The notes: generated by a model not told the origin, from the letters alone. A stretch of DNA of 64,000 nt from Methanobacteriota archaeon (GCA_020697715.1 JAEHCO010000001.1:714149-778148), one strand, 5' to 3'; counted from the stretch's first letter, positions 19,918 to 29,658 are shown. Translations and numbers: made by a program.

Positions 19918-20703
19918 TTATTTTATTTTCCTAACTCTTTTGCCTATCATCTTTTTGATATCTTCATAGGATGGAGGTGGTCCTTTTTGAGCGACCTTGC
20001 CGTCAATATACACGGCATCCAGTATTCCCCATTCATGGAAGGTGGCCATATTGAAGGTATCAATTTCCTGAAAATCCACTTTATCACTGAATTCAGCGGC
20101 CGCTCGTTTAGCTCTTTCAAAAACGATATTACTGGCTGGGCACCATCCATTCTTGAATGCCATGACCGTGACCTTTCCTGGATATGTCTGTGGCTTTTTC
20201 ACTTGCTTGACCCATTTTGGGGGTTTCGCATCATCCGTGAAAGATTTCCACAAGAGCACTGCCATGCCATCCTTATCAACTGTCTTATACCCCTGTTTCT
20301 TGAACCAACTGGCCTTCATCCAGAATGGCATTGACACCCCCCAGGCCGCGATACCCTTCGCGCCCTTCTGCCTGGCATCTTCCTCGGCAGCTTTCAAAAG
20401 AGCTTTTCCCATGCCCTTTTTCTGAAAGTTTCCTCGTCCTTCCTTGTAGCCATGTACCCAAACACACATTATGAAATAAAGGTCATTGCCTTCGACATGA
20501 GATCTTTCGATCGGTAGATATTGGATCATTCCACCAATGTTATCCTCATCATCGGTGGCAAGCTTTGCCGTGAACCCAGAATCTCTCATATTTTCCAACC
20601 ATTTTTTCTTGTGGCTTCCAGATTCTTTCATCTCCGCGCTCCAGTCCTCAAGGCAGTTGCAGAACAGTTCCTCATGCTCGGGTGCAAGGTCAATTATCTT
20701 CAT
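19918..20703 (-). CDS. GNAT acetyltransferase with C-terminal YoaP/thioredoxin-like domain
   Basis: IGGMIQYLP, IMCVWV, QKKGMGKALL, then NGWCP. Confidence 0.8.
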   Translation of the reverse strand: MKIIDLAPEHEELFCNCLEDWSAEMKESGSHKKKWLENMRDSGFTAKLATDDEDNIGGMIQYLPIERSHVEGNDLYFIMCVWVHGYKEGRGNFQKKGMGKALLKAAEEDARQKGAKGIAAWGVSMPFWMKASWFKKQGYKTVDKDGMAVLLWKSFTDDAKPPKWVKQVKKPQTYPGKVTVMAFKNGWCPASNIVFERAKRAAAEFSDKVDFQEIDTFNMATFHEWGILDAVYIDGKVAQKGPPPSYEDIKKMIGKRVRKIK

Positions 20704-20798
20704 TGGATGATGATGTATTTTCGGGCTTAATAGTCTTTTGAATGGGGAAAGATATTAGAAAGTGGAGGCAATCTATGACCTATATTGGAGTTGAATAA

Positions 20799-21026
20799 AT
20801 GGAATTAACTGACAGAGTTGAAGCAGCCTTGGAAAAGGTAAGGCCTGGATTGATGATGGACGGCGGAAATGTCGAGCTTGTCGAAGTGACCAGTGATAAT
20901 ATCGTCAAAGTGAAGCTTGTCGGAGCATGCGGCGGCTGCCCAATGAGCCAGATGACCCTGAAAATGTTCATCGAAAAGGTCGTCAAGGAAAATGTTCCAG
21001 AGATCAAATCAGTAGAGAATGTTTGA
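20799..21026 (+). CDS. NifU/Nfu-type Fe-S carrier
   Basis: VRPGLMMDGGNVELV...LVGACGGCP. Confidence 0.93.
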   Translation: MELTDRVEAALEKVRPGLMMDGGNVELVEVTSDNIVKVKLVGACGGCPMSQMTLKMFIEKVVKENVPEIKSVENV

Positions 21027-21032
21027 ACTGAA

Positions 21033-21078
21033 ATGGGGCGGGTCTGCCTATAGCCTATTGTTTCATGGGCCCGCCCAT
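21033..21078. terminator. GC-rich hairpin between convergent genes
   Basis: ATGGGGCGGGTCT...GGGCCCGCCCAT. Confidence 0.5.
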
Positions 21079-21120
21079 TAGACCTTTTCATATATTTTTG
21101 ATCGATGAATATTATGTTGA

Positions 21121-21468
21121 TCAAATATCATTCATCAGTTTTTTCAATTTTCTGTAGAACTCTTCCTCATCTATCTGTCCTTCAGCATAGTATCTGTAAA
21201 GTTCTTTTGTAGCCTGCTCTCTCAAATGTATAGCTCCGACAAATACCACACTGGCCATTATGCCGAAGGCTATCAGAGATATGATACTGCCTGTCCTTTG
21301 AGGGGTCAATTCCCATGCTGGCTCCTCGGTCTCTTCAGCAGGGCTCCTAAGGAAGAACTCTTCTTCCATAACCTCTTCCTGGGGCATCATCATCAGATAC
21401 ATGCCAAGCAGGAATATCGCTGTACATCCTATTACTGCCAAGGTCATCATTATGGATCTTATCTTCAT
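21121..21468 (-). CDS. Small 2-TM protein with SHOCT-like C-terminus
   Basis: Two TM helices; C-terminal YAEGQIDEEEFYRKLKKL. Confidence 0.7.
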   Translation of the reverse strand: MKIRSIMMTLAVIGCTAIFLLGMYLMMMPQEEVMEEEFFLRSPAEETEEPAWELTPQRTGSIISLIAFGIMASVVFVGAIHLREQATKELYRYYAEGQIDEEEFYRKLKKLMNDI

Positions 21469-21491
21469 TTCTTATCACCATATCCTATAAG

Positions 21492-21546
21492 AGTGGTCAA
21501 AGTTCATAACCAAAATGAGGAAAAGTGACCACTTTCTGAGCACTTT
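21492..21546. promoter_or_regulatory. Candidate operator cluster upstream of the radical SAM gene
   Basis: Palindrome AAAGTG-AC-CACTTT (21522-21535), repeat TGA(C/G)CACTTT, and inverted copy AGTGGTCA at 21492. Confidence 0.45.
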
Positions 21547-21600
21547 CACTCCTCTCTCCCCTGTTCTTATTCTTATACTTCGGAATACTACCTTTACATA

Positions 21601-22824
21601 ATGGTGACATTGGATAAGATAGTCCGACTGGCCAATGAAGGCCAATTCGATTCTTCAGGCCCGAAGATATATGACCTTAATAATATCGATATGCAGAAGG
21701 TCAAGACACTGGGTGAGGGAACCAAGCACGATATCTGCGCATCCACAGCGTCAAAGCGGCAGGTGGCGGATGTTTCGGGCAGAATAGGGGATGTGGTGAA
21801 AGCCGGAGTGTGCCATGCTTTCACTCCTGATGGTCGTTGTGTCGGTATGTTCAAGACCCTTTTCACGAATGCGTGCCAGCATGAATGTAAATATTGTCCA
21901 AATGCCACATTGAGCCATCGCCCCAAGATACAGAAATATACGCCTGAGGAACTGGCCAAACTCACGCTCATGCTCTACCGTGGCAATTATGTCGAGGGTC
22001 TATTTCTCAGTTCCGGAATAGCTGGCAATGAGGATCAAACCATGGAGGATATGATCGAATCAGTTAGACTTCTCAGAGAGAAATATAGTTTCCAGGGCTA
22101 CATTCATATGAAAGTACTGCCGGGCGCATCCTATGAGCATATCAAGCAAGCCAGTGAGCTCGTGGATCGTGTCAGTATAAATATCGAAACACCTTCGAAA
22201 TCATATATGAGCGAGCTTAGCTCGACCAAGGATTATGACAATGATATCCTTCAGCGCCAGAAATACATCCGCCATAATATTGGCAAAGGTCGATTTCCCG
22301 CTGGCCAGACCACTCAATTCATTGTGGGCGCGGCACAGGAAACCGATAAAGAAATATTCAAGTCCATGTTGAACGAGTACGAAGAAATGGAAGTGAAAAG
22401 GTCTTATTTCTCAGCCTTCAATTCAGTGAAAGGAACGGAGTTAGAGAACACGCCATCACAGCCCCAATGGCGTGAGAACAAACTGTATCAGGTGGATTGG
22501 CTGCACAGGATATACAAGTTTCAGAATAAAGAGATAGAGCATGCTTTCGATGAGGATGGTTTTCTTTTTAACAAGGATCCGAAACTGTCCATCGCTCTCA
22601 ATATCATAGACTCGTCCATAGATCCGAACGAGGCCACCCAGGAACAGCTTTTGAGAATTCCTGGTATTGGCCCGAAGAGCGCGTATGGCATACTGAAATT
22701 GCGAAAAAGAGAGAGGATATGGAAGAATGAGCAATTGGCCCGTATCGGGGTGGTGACCAAGCGAGCTAGGTACTTCCTGAAATTGAATGGATGGGAATAT
22801 TCCTCCCTGGAGGATTGGTCATGA
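21601..22824 (+). CDS. Putative DNA modification/repair radical SAM protein (TIGR03916-like) with HhH
   Basis: DICAS, GVCHAFTPDGRC, TNACQHECKYC, VEGLFLSSG, GQTTQFIVGA, RENKLYQ.DWL and LLRIPGIGPKS. Confidence 0.9.
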   Translation: MVTLDKIVRLANEGQFDSSGPKIYDLNNIDMQKVKTLGEGTKHDICASTASKRQVADVSGRIGDVVKAGVCHAFTPDGRCVGMFKTLFTNACQHECKYCPNATLSHRPKIQKYTPEELAKLTLMLYRGNYVEGLFLSSGIAGNEDQTMEDMIESVRLLREKYSFQGYIHMKVLPGASYEHIKQASELVDRVSINIETPSKSYMSELSSTKDYDNDILQRQKYIRHNIGKGRFPAGQTTQFIVGAAQETDKEIFKSMLNEYEEMEVKRSYFSAFNSVKGTELENTPSQPQWRENKLYQVDWLHRIYKFQNKEIEHAFDEDGFLFNKDPKLSIALNIIDSSIDPNEATQEQLLRIPGIGPKSAYGILKLRKRERIWKNEQLARIGVVTKRARYFLKLNGWEYSSLEDWS

Positions 22825-22873
22825 GATTTACAGGTCATATGAATTTCATGGAGGTGGTGATCTGATAAGCCAT

Positions 22874-23455
22874 GTGCCAAATGAATTCCTTCAGTATCTC
22901 AAGCTTCACAAGGACTGCTCTCCATCATTGATGGCAAAGGCTGGGCGCCTTTGTTCCCAGGAACTGGATGTATCCACAGATCTCGAGCATATCAGGATAA
23001 GAAAAATGGTGAACAGCGTACTGACGGAGATACACCTCATGAGGGCTTTCGTGCGCTTGTCTCCCATCGGGGAGAAGGTGCTTTACGGTTATATCAAGCC
23101 CAAGCATGACATAGTTCCAAGAGTGGGATATTTTCTTTCCAGAAGATTCCCGGACACGATAATCATATTGGGGAACAATACCAGAAGCTGGATATCCATC
23201 AATAATAATGGCAAGACCTCCAGATCCAAGGGCGGTCCACTGTCTGAAACAGTGGAGCGCGTGAAGGAGCAGATGGCGGATAATAAAGAGGCCGAGACGG
23301 AAGATCTGTGGAAAACATACTATTGGAGCCAGTATATCGATGATAGAAGGAATGTGAAGTATCACAAGAAGAACATGCCCAAGAAATACATGGACGCGAC
23401 CAATATCAAAGTGGCTAGGAATCAAAATAAAATAACATTGGATGATTTTGAATAG
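22874..23455 (+). CDS. DUF4130 / TIGR03915-like partner protein
   Basis: V..EIHLMRAFVR, P.HDI, LW.TYY.S and MPKKY motifs. The start is uncertain: SD GGAGGTG at ~22850 and GTG at 22874; the frame is open from 22787. Confidence 0.8.
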   Translation: MPNEFLQYLKLHKDCSPSLMAKAGRLCSQELDVSTDLEHIRIRKMVNSVLTEIHLMRAFVRLSPIGEKVLYGYIKPKHDIVPRVGYFLSRRFPDTIIILGNNTRSWISINNNGKTSRSKGGPLSETVERVKEQMADNKEAETEDLWKTYYWSQYIDDRRNVKYHKKNMPKKYMDATNIKVARNQNKITLDDFE

Positions 23456-23495
23456 GCCTTAAATTCTAATAATATGCAATGCTTGTAGGTAATTG

Positions 23496-24329
23496 ATGAA
23501 AGGAAAGGTAGTTATAATCACGGGAGCCACGTCCGGCATAGGAAAGGAGACCGCCATCAGCCTGGCAAAGATGGGAGCCATCATCGTTATAGCGACCCGG
23601 AACATCGAAGCTGGAGAGAAGATCAAGAAGGAGATCGTTCAAATCACCAAGAACAACAATATCGATTACCTTCAATGTGATCTGGCTTCCATGAATTCTG
23701 TAAGAAAATTCTGTGATAGTTTCAAAGAGAAATATGAACGCCTTGATGTGCTCGTCAACAATGCTGGCACTTGGGATTTTGAAGGGAGAAAAGAGAGCGA
23801 GGACGGGATAGAGAATATCTTTGCAGTGAACTTTGTAGCTCCTTTTCTCATGACCCACCTTCTCCTTGATATGATAAAGAAAAGTGCGCCATCCAGAATA
23901 ATCAATCTTTCTTCCGCCCTTCATACTGGCACGATAAATTTTGATGATATCGAGTTCAGAGAGGACTGGTCCGGGTTCAAGGCCTATCGCCAATCGAAAT
24001 TAGCGATAATTCTTTTCACAAGGAAGCTGGCCAATGATCTTAAGGATGCGAATGTGACGGTCAATTGCATCCACCCTGGAATGGTATCGACCAAACTGGG
24101 TAGGGATGCTGGGGGATTCTCAAGGTTGTTCTTCAAAGTATTCGGCAAAAGCCCCAAGGTTGGGGCAGAGACATCTATCTTTCTTGCCAGTTCTCCAGAT
24201 GTGAAGAAGATCACTGGAGAATATTGGTCTAATTCCAAGATCGATAAGGCCTCCAAGGAATCCATGGATATGGAGGCTGCTGAAAGATTGTGGAAGATTG
24301 GATTGGAATACATAGGAGTAGGGGAATAA
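23496..24329 (+). CDS. SDR oxidoreductase (retinol-DH/WWOX-like)
   Basis: TGATSGIG, NNAG, YRQSK and HPG motifs. Confidence 0.93.
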   Translation: MKGKVVIITGATSGIGKETAISLAKMGAIIVIATRNIEAGEKIKKEIVQITKNNNIDYLQCDLASMNSVRKFCDSFKEKYERLDVLVNNAGTWDFEGRKESEDGIENIFAVNFVAPFLMTHLLLDMIKKSAPSRIINLSSALHTGTINFDDIEFREDWSGFKAYRQSKLAIILFTRKLANDLKDANVTVNCIHPGMVSTKLGRDAGGFSRLFFKVFGKSPKVGAETSIFLASSPDVKKITGEYWSNSKIDKASKESMDMEAAERLWKIGLEYIGVGE

Positions 24330-24330
24330 T

Positions 24331-24918
24331 ATGGAGATAACAGAGACATTCTATGCAAAGGACCGCAAGGAATGGCGGAACTGGCTCAAGGCCAATCATG
24401 ATTCCAAGAAGGAGATATGGTTGATCAGATACAAGAAGCATACCGGCAAGCCAGTCGTATCCTATGATGATTCCGTGGAGGAAGCATTGTGCTTTGGTTG
24501 GATAGATTCCACTGTAAAAAGAGTTGATGATGAATATTATGTCCAGCGCATCACACCAAGAAGGATAAAAAGCATCTGGTCAGTCCCCAATATCAAGCGG
24601 GTGAGGAAGATGCTGGATGAAGGTCTGATGACAGAACATGGCCTGGCCAAGATACCGGATGAGGTGATGGAAGCTGCCAAGACAGGGAATATCAAGTCAT
24701 CGCAGACCGTGATCCCTGATGAGATACCGATGGTGCAGGAGCTTGAAAAGATCCTGAAAAAGAATGAGATGGCCAAGAAAACTTGGGAATCCTTCTCTCC
24801 ATCCCTGAGAAAGCGATATTTATACTGGCTGAATGATGCCAAGCGGGAAGACACCCGTATCCGGAGAATGACCAAGTTGGTCAAAATGCTGGAAGAGGGA
24901 AAACAACAATTGATGTGA
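24331..24918 (+). CDS. YdeI/OmpD-associated family protein
   Basis: WRNWL, EALCFGWIDS, TPRR.KS.WS and AKREDTR.RR. Confidence 0.9.
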   Translation: MEITETFYAKDRKEWRNWLKANHDSKKEIWLIRYKKHTGKPVVSYDDSVEEALCFGWIDSTVKRVDDEYYVQRITPRRIKSIWSVPNIKRVRKMLDEGLMTEHGLAKIPDEVMEAAKTGNIKSSQTVIPDEIPMVQELEKILKKNEMAKKTWESFSPSLRKRYLYWLNDAKREDTRIRRMTKLVKMLEEGKQQLM

Positions 24919-24922
24919 TAAT

Positions 24923-25480
24923 ATGACAGGCGAACCAGTGATCGTGCCCGATATTCAAACCGAGAGAATGACCCTCCGCCAGCTTACGGAGGATGACATG
25001 GATTTTATCTTCGATATGTTCAGCAGGCCGGAGACCAATCAGTATGTTGCCGATGATGATGTCAAGAATATGGAAGAGGCCGTGGAACTATACGAGGCCT
25101 TCATCAAACCCAAACCATACCTTTTCAGACTCGGTATGGTGCTTGAGGAAAATGGACAGCTTATCGGAACATTGGGCTTTTACAGCATCAGCATGGATGA
25201 TAAAAGAGCCGTATTGGGCGCGGATCTTTTCAAGGAGCATTGGGGACAAGGCTTGATGCAGGAAGCTGTCCAGGCTCTTTTGAGATATGGCTTTGAAGAA
25301 ATGGAGCTCAACCGGATCGAGGCATCTGTAGATCCGGATAATATTCGATCTATGAAATTAACTGAGAGATCGGGCTTTGTCAAAGAAGGTGTGAAAAGGC
25401 AGCTGGACTGGTACAAAGGCGCGTATCACGATGATGTGGTCTTCTCGATGCTTCGAGAAGAATGGCAAGCTCGTAAATAA
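24923..25480 (+). CDS. GNAT acetyltransferase, RimJ/RimL family
   Basis: TERMTLR, HWGQGLM.EA, LNRIEA...N.RS and GF.KEG. Confidence 0.9.
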   Translation: MTGEPVIVPDIQTERMTLRQLTEDDMDFIFDMFSRPETNQYVADDDVKNMEEAVELYEAFIKPKPYLFRLGMVLEENGQLIGTLGFYSISMDDKRAVLGADLFKEHWGQGLMQEAVQALLRYGFEEMELNRIEASVDPDNIRSMKLTERSGFVKEGVKRQLDWYKGAYHDDVVFSMLREEWQARK

Positions 25481-25483
25481 AGA

Positions 25484-26104
25484 TCAAACTTTACCCCAGA
25501 TGAACTTCCTGGCTCCATCGTCCGGTACTGTGGCGATGAAAGCATATAGGTTCCTCTTTTTCAGATCGGGCAGATCATTTATCTCCAATATCTTCCTTAC
25601 AAATTTCAGGGCCGCGTAGAATCTCGTTGTAAGCTCTTCCTGATGATACTCATCCGCCCTCCTGGAGCTGGTGATGATCGCGGCAAAGATCTTGGGAGAT
25701 CTAGCACTGTTCACCATCAGGAGCTTGGTAAGGTCCTGCGCGATCAGCCTTTCATCGTACATCCTTGGCCCTTTCCATTCGACAAATATCGGAACAGTAT
25801 CCCTTATCACGAAATCAAAATTAGCTGCCTGTCCTCTATTCAGAGCAGCCCGCTGTGTTGTCTTCGGCCTGCCCAATCCGAATTCTTTCCAAGCATACTT
25901 CACAAGGGTTGGATGATTGGGTATGAGCATGGGTCTTTTCCACACATCGATGCCCTCTGTTTCATAATGTTTCGAAACATAGTGTGAGAACTGGTGTTGA
26001 AAATATTCTTCATTAAGTATTAACCCTCTCTTTCCCGCCCTCACGGTCTCTTCAGTATTCTCCAGTATCTGGTCAAAGATGGATTGTATGTCCCTTATTC
26101 TCAT
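25484..26104 (-). CDS. Hypothetical protein, PD-(D/E)XK nuclease-like
   Basis: EEYFQ helix, FDFVI...FVEWK and D..KL pattern. Likely ATG at 26104. Confidence 0.55.
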   Translation of the reverse strand: MRIRDIQSIFDQILENTEETVRAGKRGLILNEEYFQHQFSHYVSKHYETEGIDVWKRPMLIPNHPTLVKYAWKEFGLGRPKTTQRAALNRGQAANFDFVIRDTVPIFVEWKGPRMYDERLIAQDLTKLLMVNSARSPKIFAAIITSSRRADEYHQEELTTRFYAALKFVRKILEINDLPDLKKRNLYAFIATVPDDGARKFIWGKV

Positions 26105-26198
26105 GGTACGTTGTCCCCTGTTACCATATGACAGTATTATTAATAAATCATACCCAAATTTCGACAAACTCTTTATTGCATAACCACAATCACAATCC

Positions 26199-27248
26199 AT
26201 GGTTCAGGATTTCAAATGCCAAAGCTGTGCCGCCCCCCTAAAATTCGATCCCAATGAAAAAGGATTGAAATGCGAATATTGCGGATCAGCAGAGGTGATC
26301 GAGGTCGCGAGAAAGGCCATTCTGGAGCATGACCTTTTTTCTGCCCCGGTCAATAATGGCTGGGGAACAGAGACCAAGAATATCACATGCGAATCCTGTG
26401 GGGCGAGAACATCAGCCGGAAAAATAATATCTGGCAACTGTGCTTTTTGTGGCTCCAATTTTGTCAAGGAGCTGGTTCCGGATCCCAATTTGATAAGACC
26501 TGAAAGCCTGCTCCCCTTTTCCATCGATAAAGACAGGGCATTATCACTCTTCAAGAAATGGCTGGGTAAGGGATTCTTCCGCCCCTCGAATCTTAAAAAA
26601 CTTGGAAGGCTGAAGAACATTCAAGGCATCTATATCCCATTCTGGACATATGATTGCAACGCGCACTCGAACTGGACGGCCATGAGCGGCTATTATTACT
26701 ACGTCACCGAGACATACAGAACGAGCGAAGGAACAAAGACCAGGCAGGTTCGCAAGACACGATGGGTTCCTTCAAACGGGCATAGACAGGGATTTTACAA
26801 TGATGTTCTCGTGCCAGCTTCCAAAGGATTGGATCACGATCTCGCAAGTAAGATTTATCCATTTCATCTGCAGCAACTGATACCTTACGATCCAAAATTC
26901 CTCGCAGGCTGGATGGCCGAGGAATATGCCATATCTTTACCAGAGGGATGGCTGGTCGCACAGCAAAAGGTTAGAAGGTCAGAGCACTCCGAATGTGCGA
27001 GGGATGTTCCTGGAGACACACACACAGGATTGAGCGTACATACTACCCTAACAGAACCAAAATACAAGCATATTTTACTTCCAGTCTGGGTCGCCTCCTA
27101 TCATTATAAAAAGAAATTATACCACTTCCTTGTAAATGGACAGACCGGGGAGGTACAGGGATATGCTCCGATATCTTGGCTAAAAGTAATGGCTGTTATA
27201 CTAGCCGCATTGGGTGTGGTTTTGGCGATCTGGATGTTCTCTAATTGA
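26199..27248 (+). CDS. Multi zinc-ribbon membrane-anchored protein (YdjG-like)
   Basis: Four CxxC pairs, P...LPF, YIPFW, LLPVW, VNGQTGEV.G..P and a C-terminal TM helix. Confidence 0.8.
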   Translation: MVQDFKCQSCAAPLKFDPNEKGLKCEYCGSAEVIEVARKAILEHDLFSAPVNNGWGTETKNITCESCGARTSAGKIISGNCAFCGSNFVKELVPDPNLIRPESLLPFSIDKDRALSLFKKWLGKGFFRPSNLKKLGRLKNIQGIYIPFWTYDCNAHSNWTAMSGYYYYVTETYRTSEGTKTRQVRKTRWVPSNGHRQGFYNDVLVPASKGLDHDLASKIYPFHLQQLIPYDPKFLAGWMAEEYAISLPEGWLVAQQKVRRSEHSECARDVPGDTHTGLSVHTTLTEPKYKHILLPVWVASYHYKKKLYHFLVNGQTGEVQGYAPISWLKVMAVILAALGVVLAIWMFSN

Positions 27249-27328
27249 AATTGCTAATGCCACATTCTAAATATTTTTAATTGAAGAATACCATATTCTA
27301 AATATGTTTATTTCCAATATCCCAGCTC

Positions 27329-27877
27329 ATGTGCGGATTGGAAATAAGAAGAATTCCCAATAAAGAGCTGGCTGATAGGACCACGGTCTTTTCATATGAA
27401 TCCGATCATCATTATCGAGTCATCATTTATGAAAGAAATGATGGTGATGGCTGGTCGATAGATCTGAAGCGTGAGCGATTTCCCCAGACCTTTGTGAAAA
27501 ATGATTCCAGTGATAAGCTGGTGCATGATTTCAAGGGCGATTCGGAGATATATCTTGCTTATGTTGATGGCGAGGAAGCCGGGCAATTACAGATAGAATT
27601 TCAGGATTATAATAAGAGCATGAGGGTGTGGGATATAGACATCTGGTCGGATTTCCAGAGAAAAGGAATAGGAAAAGCTCTCATGGATCTATGCAAGAAA
27701 AGAGCGAATGATCAGAATGCCAGGCGCATTGTTCTGGAGGTTCAATCATCCAATTCAAAGGCCATAGATTTCTACAAGGCCATGGGATTCAAGCTCATTG
27801 GATTTGACGGCAGCCATTACAATAATGATGACATGACGAGAGGAGAAGTTCGATTGGAAATGGCGATACACCTGTAA
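27329..27877 (+). CDS. GNAT acetyltransferase (streptothricin acetyltransferase-like)
   Basis: FQRKGIGKAL, LEVQSSN..A..FY..MGF.LIGFD. Confidence 0.8.
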   Translation: MCGLEIRRIPNKELADRTTVFSYESDHHYRVIIYERNDGDGWSIDLKRERFPQTFVKNDSSDKLVHDFKGDSEIYLAYVDGEEAGQLQIEFQDYNKSMRVWDIDIWSDFQRKGIGKALMDLCKKRANDQNARRIVLEVQSSNSKAIDFYKAMGFKLIGFDGSHYNNDDMTRGEVRLEMAIHL

Positions 27878-27890
27878 AGCGATCTATTTC

Positions 27891-29009
27891 CTATAATCTC
27901 ATCTCATCTATGTCCAGTATCTTCGCAACTATGGGAGAATAGACATGGTCCTTTATCATATCCAGTTCCGAGAGCGAGAATAATAATCTCTTGGGTTCTT
28001 TTACAAATATATTTTCATATTTATAGACCTCGGCAAACCGATTTATGCTTCGCCGATAAGTATTGAAATCCTCATACACGGTCATGGCAACGACATCTGA
28101 ACTTCCCACGATAAATGATATGGGGGGCTGGATACCCATCAATGCCTGGAGGATTATGGCTCGCTGATCGCCCTGCACCTTGAGATTGATCTTGGCATGA
28201 TCGAAGACCATCATTTTGAAGCCCAGCTTGGATAGATTGGGAATGATGACAGTCCTGAACATCCCCTGCGTTTCGAATTGCTTTCTCAGTTTGGTTATCG
28301 TGCGCTGAGATATCTTGATCTTATCAGATAGCTCAGTATCTGTCATTTCGGGATTTTTTATCAGACCATAAAAGACATGCTTGCTGGTCTGGCTCATATT
28401 TACAGAATGGTTATCAAATGGATATGGCAGACCACCTGATCTACCTCCTTTTTCATTAAGCTCGCTGGTCTCTTCTGTTATTCCAAAGCTGTGAGCCAGT
28501 AAGGGGGCGAAATCAAAGAAATAAGGAATATAGGTCAACTTAAAAGGGAATACCAAAAGCTCGATTCCCCCCTCATCTAAAAATCCCTGTTCCGTATGAT
28601 GCTTCTCAAGTTCTGATATATTGGACCTGACATCAGTATAATTGCTTGAAAAATGAAAAGCTATTGACTGGACATACTCATTAACGGCCCAGAACACTTC
28701 CTTGTGGTCTGATGCAAATCTTTTGCCAGTCTTCAATCTCAGCTCAAGCGGGGCAGTAGCCTTATAAACTGAATAATTAACAGCCAGCATCTCCGCTCCA
28801 AGGAATTGAAGGCATGGTATCCTGGTAGTATAGAACATTCCATTTCTTTTCAGGCGGCGCCGTATAGCCGTTATTGTTGAAAGTTTGATGTCAGTACTCT
28901 GAGAAATGTTCTTATCCGTATGTGTAGGATTCTTAACAATTTCGTAGAATACTTGCTTTTCTCTTTCAGAAAGTGGTTTCTTCATAAGGGATAATATGCC
29001 ACTAAACAT
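27891..29009 (-). CDS. Tandem-duplicated Lrp/AsnC-like wHTH regulator
   Basis: Two internal repeats: ..LS..EK.VFY.IVKNP..TD..IS.......STIT..RRRL and ..MS..SK.VFYGLIKNP..TD..LS......RTITK.RK. Confidence 0.75.
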   Translation of the reverse strand: MFSGILSLMKKPLSEREKQVFYEIVKNPTHTDKNISQSTDIKLSTITAIRRRLKRNGMFYTTRIPCLQFLGAEMLAVNYSVYKATAPLELRLKTGKRFASDHKEVFWAVNEYVQSIAFHFSSNYTDVRSNISELEKHHTEQGFLDEGGIELLVFPFKLTYIPYFFDFAPLLAHSFGITEETSELNEKGGRSGGLPYPFDNHSVNMSQTSKHVFYGLIKNPEMTDTELSDKIKISQRTITKLRKQFETQGMFRTVIIPNLSKLGFKMMVFDHAKINLKVQGDQRAIILQALMGIQPPISFIVGSSDVVAMTVYEDFNTYRRSINRFAEVYKYENIFVKEPKRLLFSLSELDMIKDHVYSPIVAKILDIDEMRL

Positions 29010-29190
29010 AAAAACCTTATGTTCATATCCGCATAATAATACGATAAAGAGAATTATATCGCAATAAAATGCTTTTTAAAGTAAAATAATTAGTTAATTT
29101 ATATGAATACAGGAATATTTATATACTAATTCAAATATCGGCATTTCTATATCATCTGCAAAAGATGAGAAATAGAAAAAAGGGATATAT

Positions 29191-29643
29191 ATGAATGGAA
29201 GAGGAGTAATTGTACTCGGCATCATCTTCATGGTCATCATGACCTCGGGAGTAGCCAGTGCTGCAAAAGAAATGACGCTCGAAACTGACAAGAGCGCGTA
29301 CAATGAAGGCGAAGTAGTTATCATCACTGTTACAAACAACATGGATGAGGTGCAAATAATGCCATATGGATACTGGGTGGAAGATCAGGCTGGAGAAATG
29401 ATCTACACACCTGACATTCTTGCCTACACACCACCAATGGCACCAGGTGACAGCTTCGTATATACATGGAAACAGATCTGCATGGATGGAAGCATGGTAT
29501 CTCCTGGAGATTATACCATACACACATCATGGGGCGGATCCGCACTCATTAAGATCTTCGACACAACGACCAGTGACACCCCAGGTCATGGAAAGGTTTC
29601 CATAGACAAGCCAAGGCCAATAAAGAACACGATATTTGCCTAA
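29191..29643 (+). CDS. Secreted Ig-like protein (BsuPI-like)
   Basis: Signal peptide, TDKSAYNEGE.V.ITVTN and PG.S..YTW.Q....G..V.PGDY. Confidence 0.65.
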   Translation: MNGRGVIVLGIIFMVIMTSGVASAAKEMTLETDKSAYNEGEVVIITVTNNMDEVQIMPYGYWVEDQAGEMIYTPDILAYTPPMAPGDSFVYTWKQICMDGSMVSPGDYTIHTSWGGSALIKIFDTTTSDTPGHGKVSIDKPRPIKNTIFA

Positions 29644-29658
29644 TTATATCACAATTAA

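Noticed and set aside
27263-27305. Direct repeat ATTCTAAATAT x2 upstream of a GNAT gene
   Set aside because: Short and AT-rich in an AT-rich spacer; plausible by chance.
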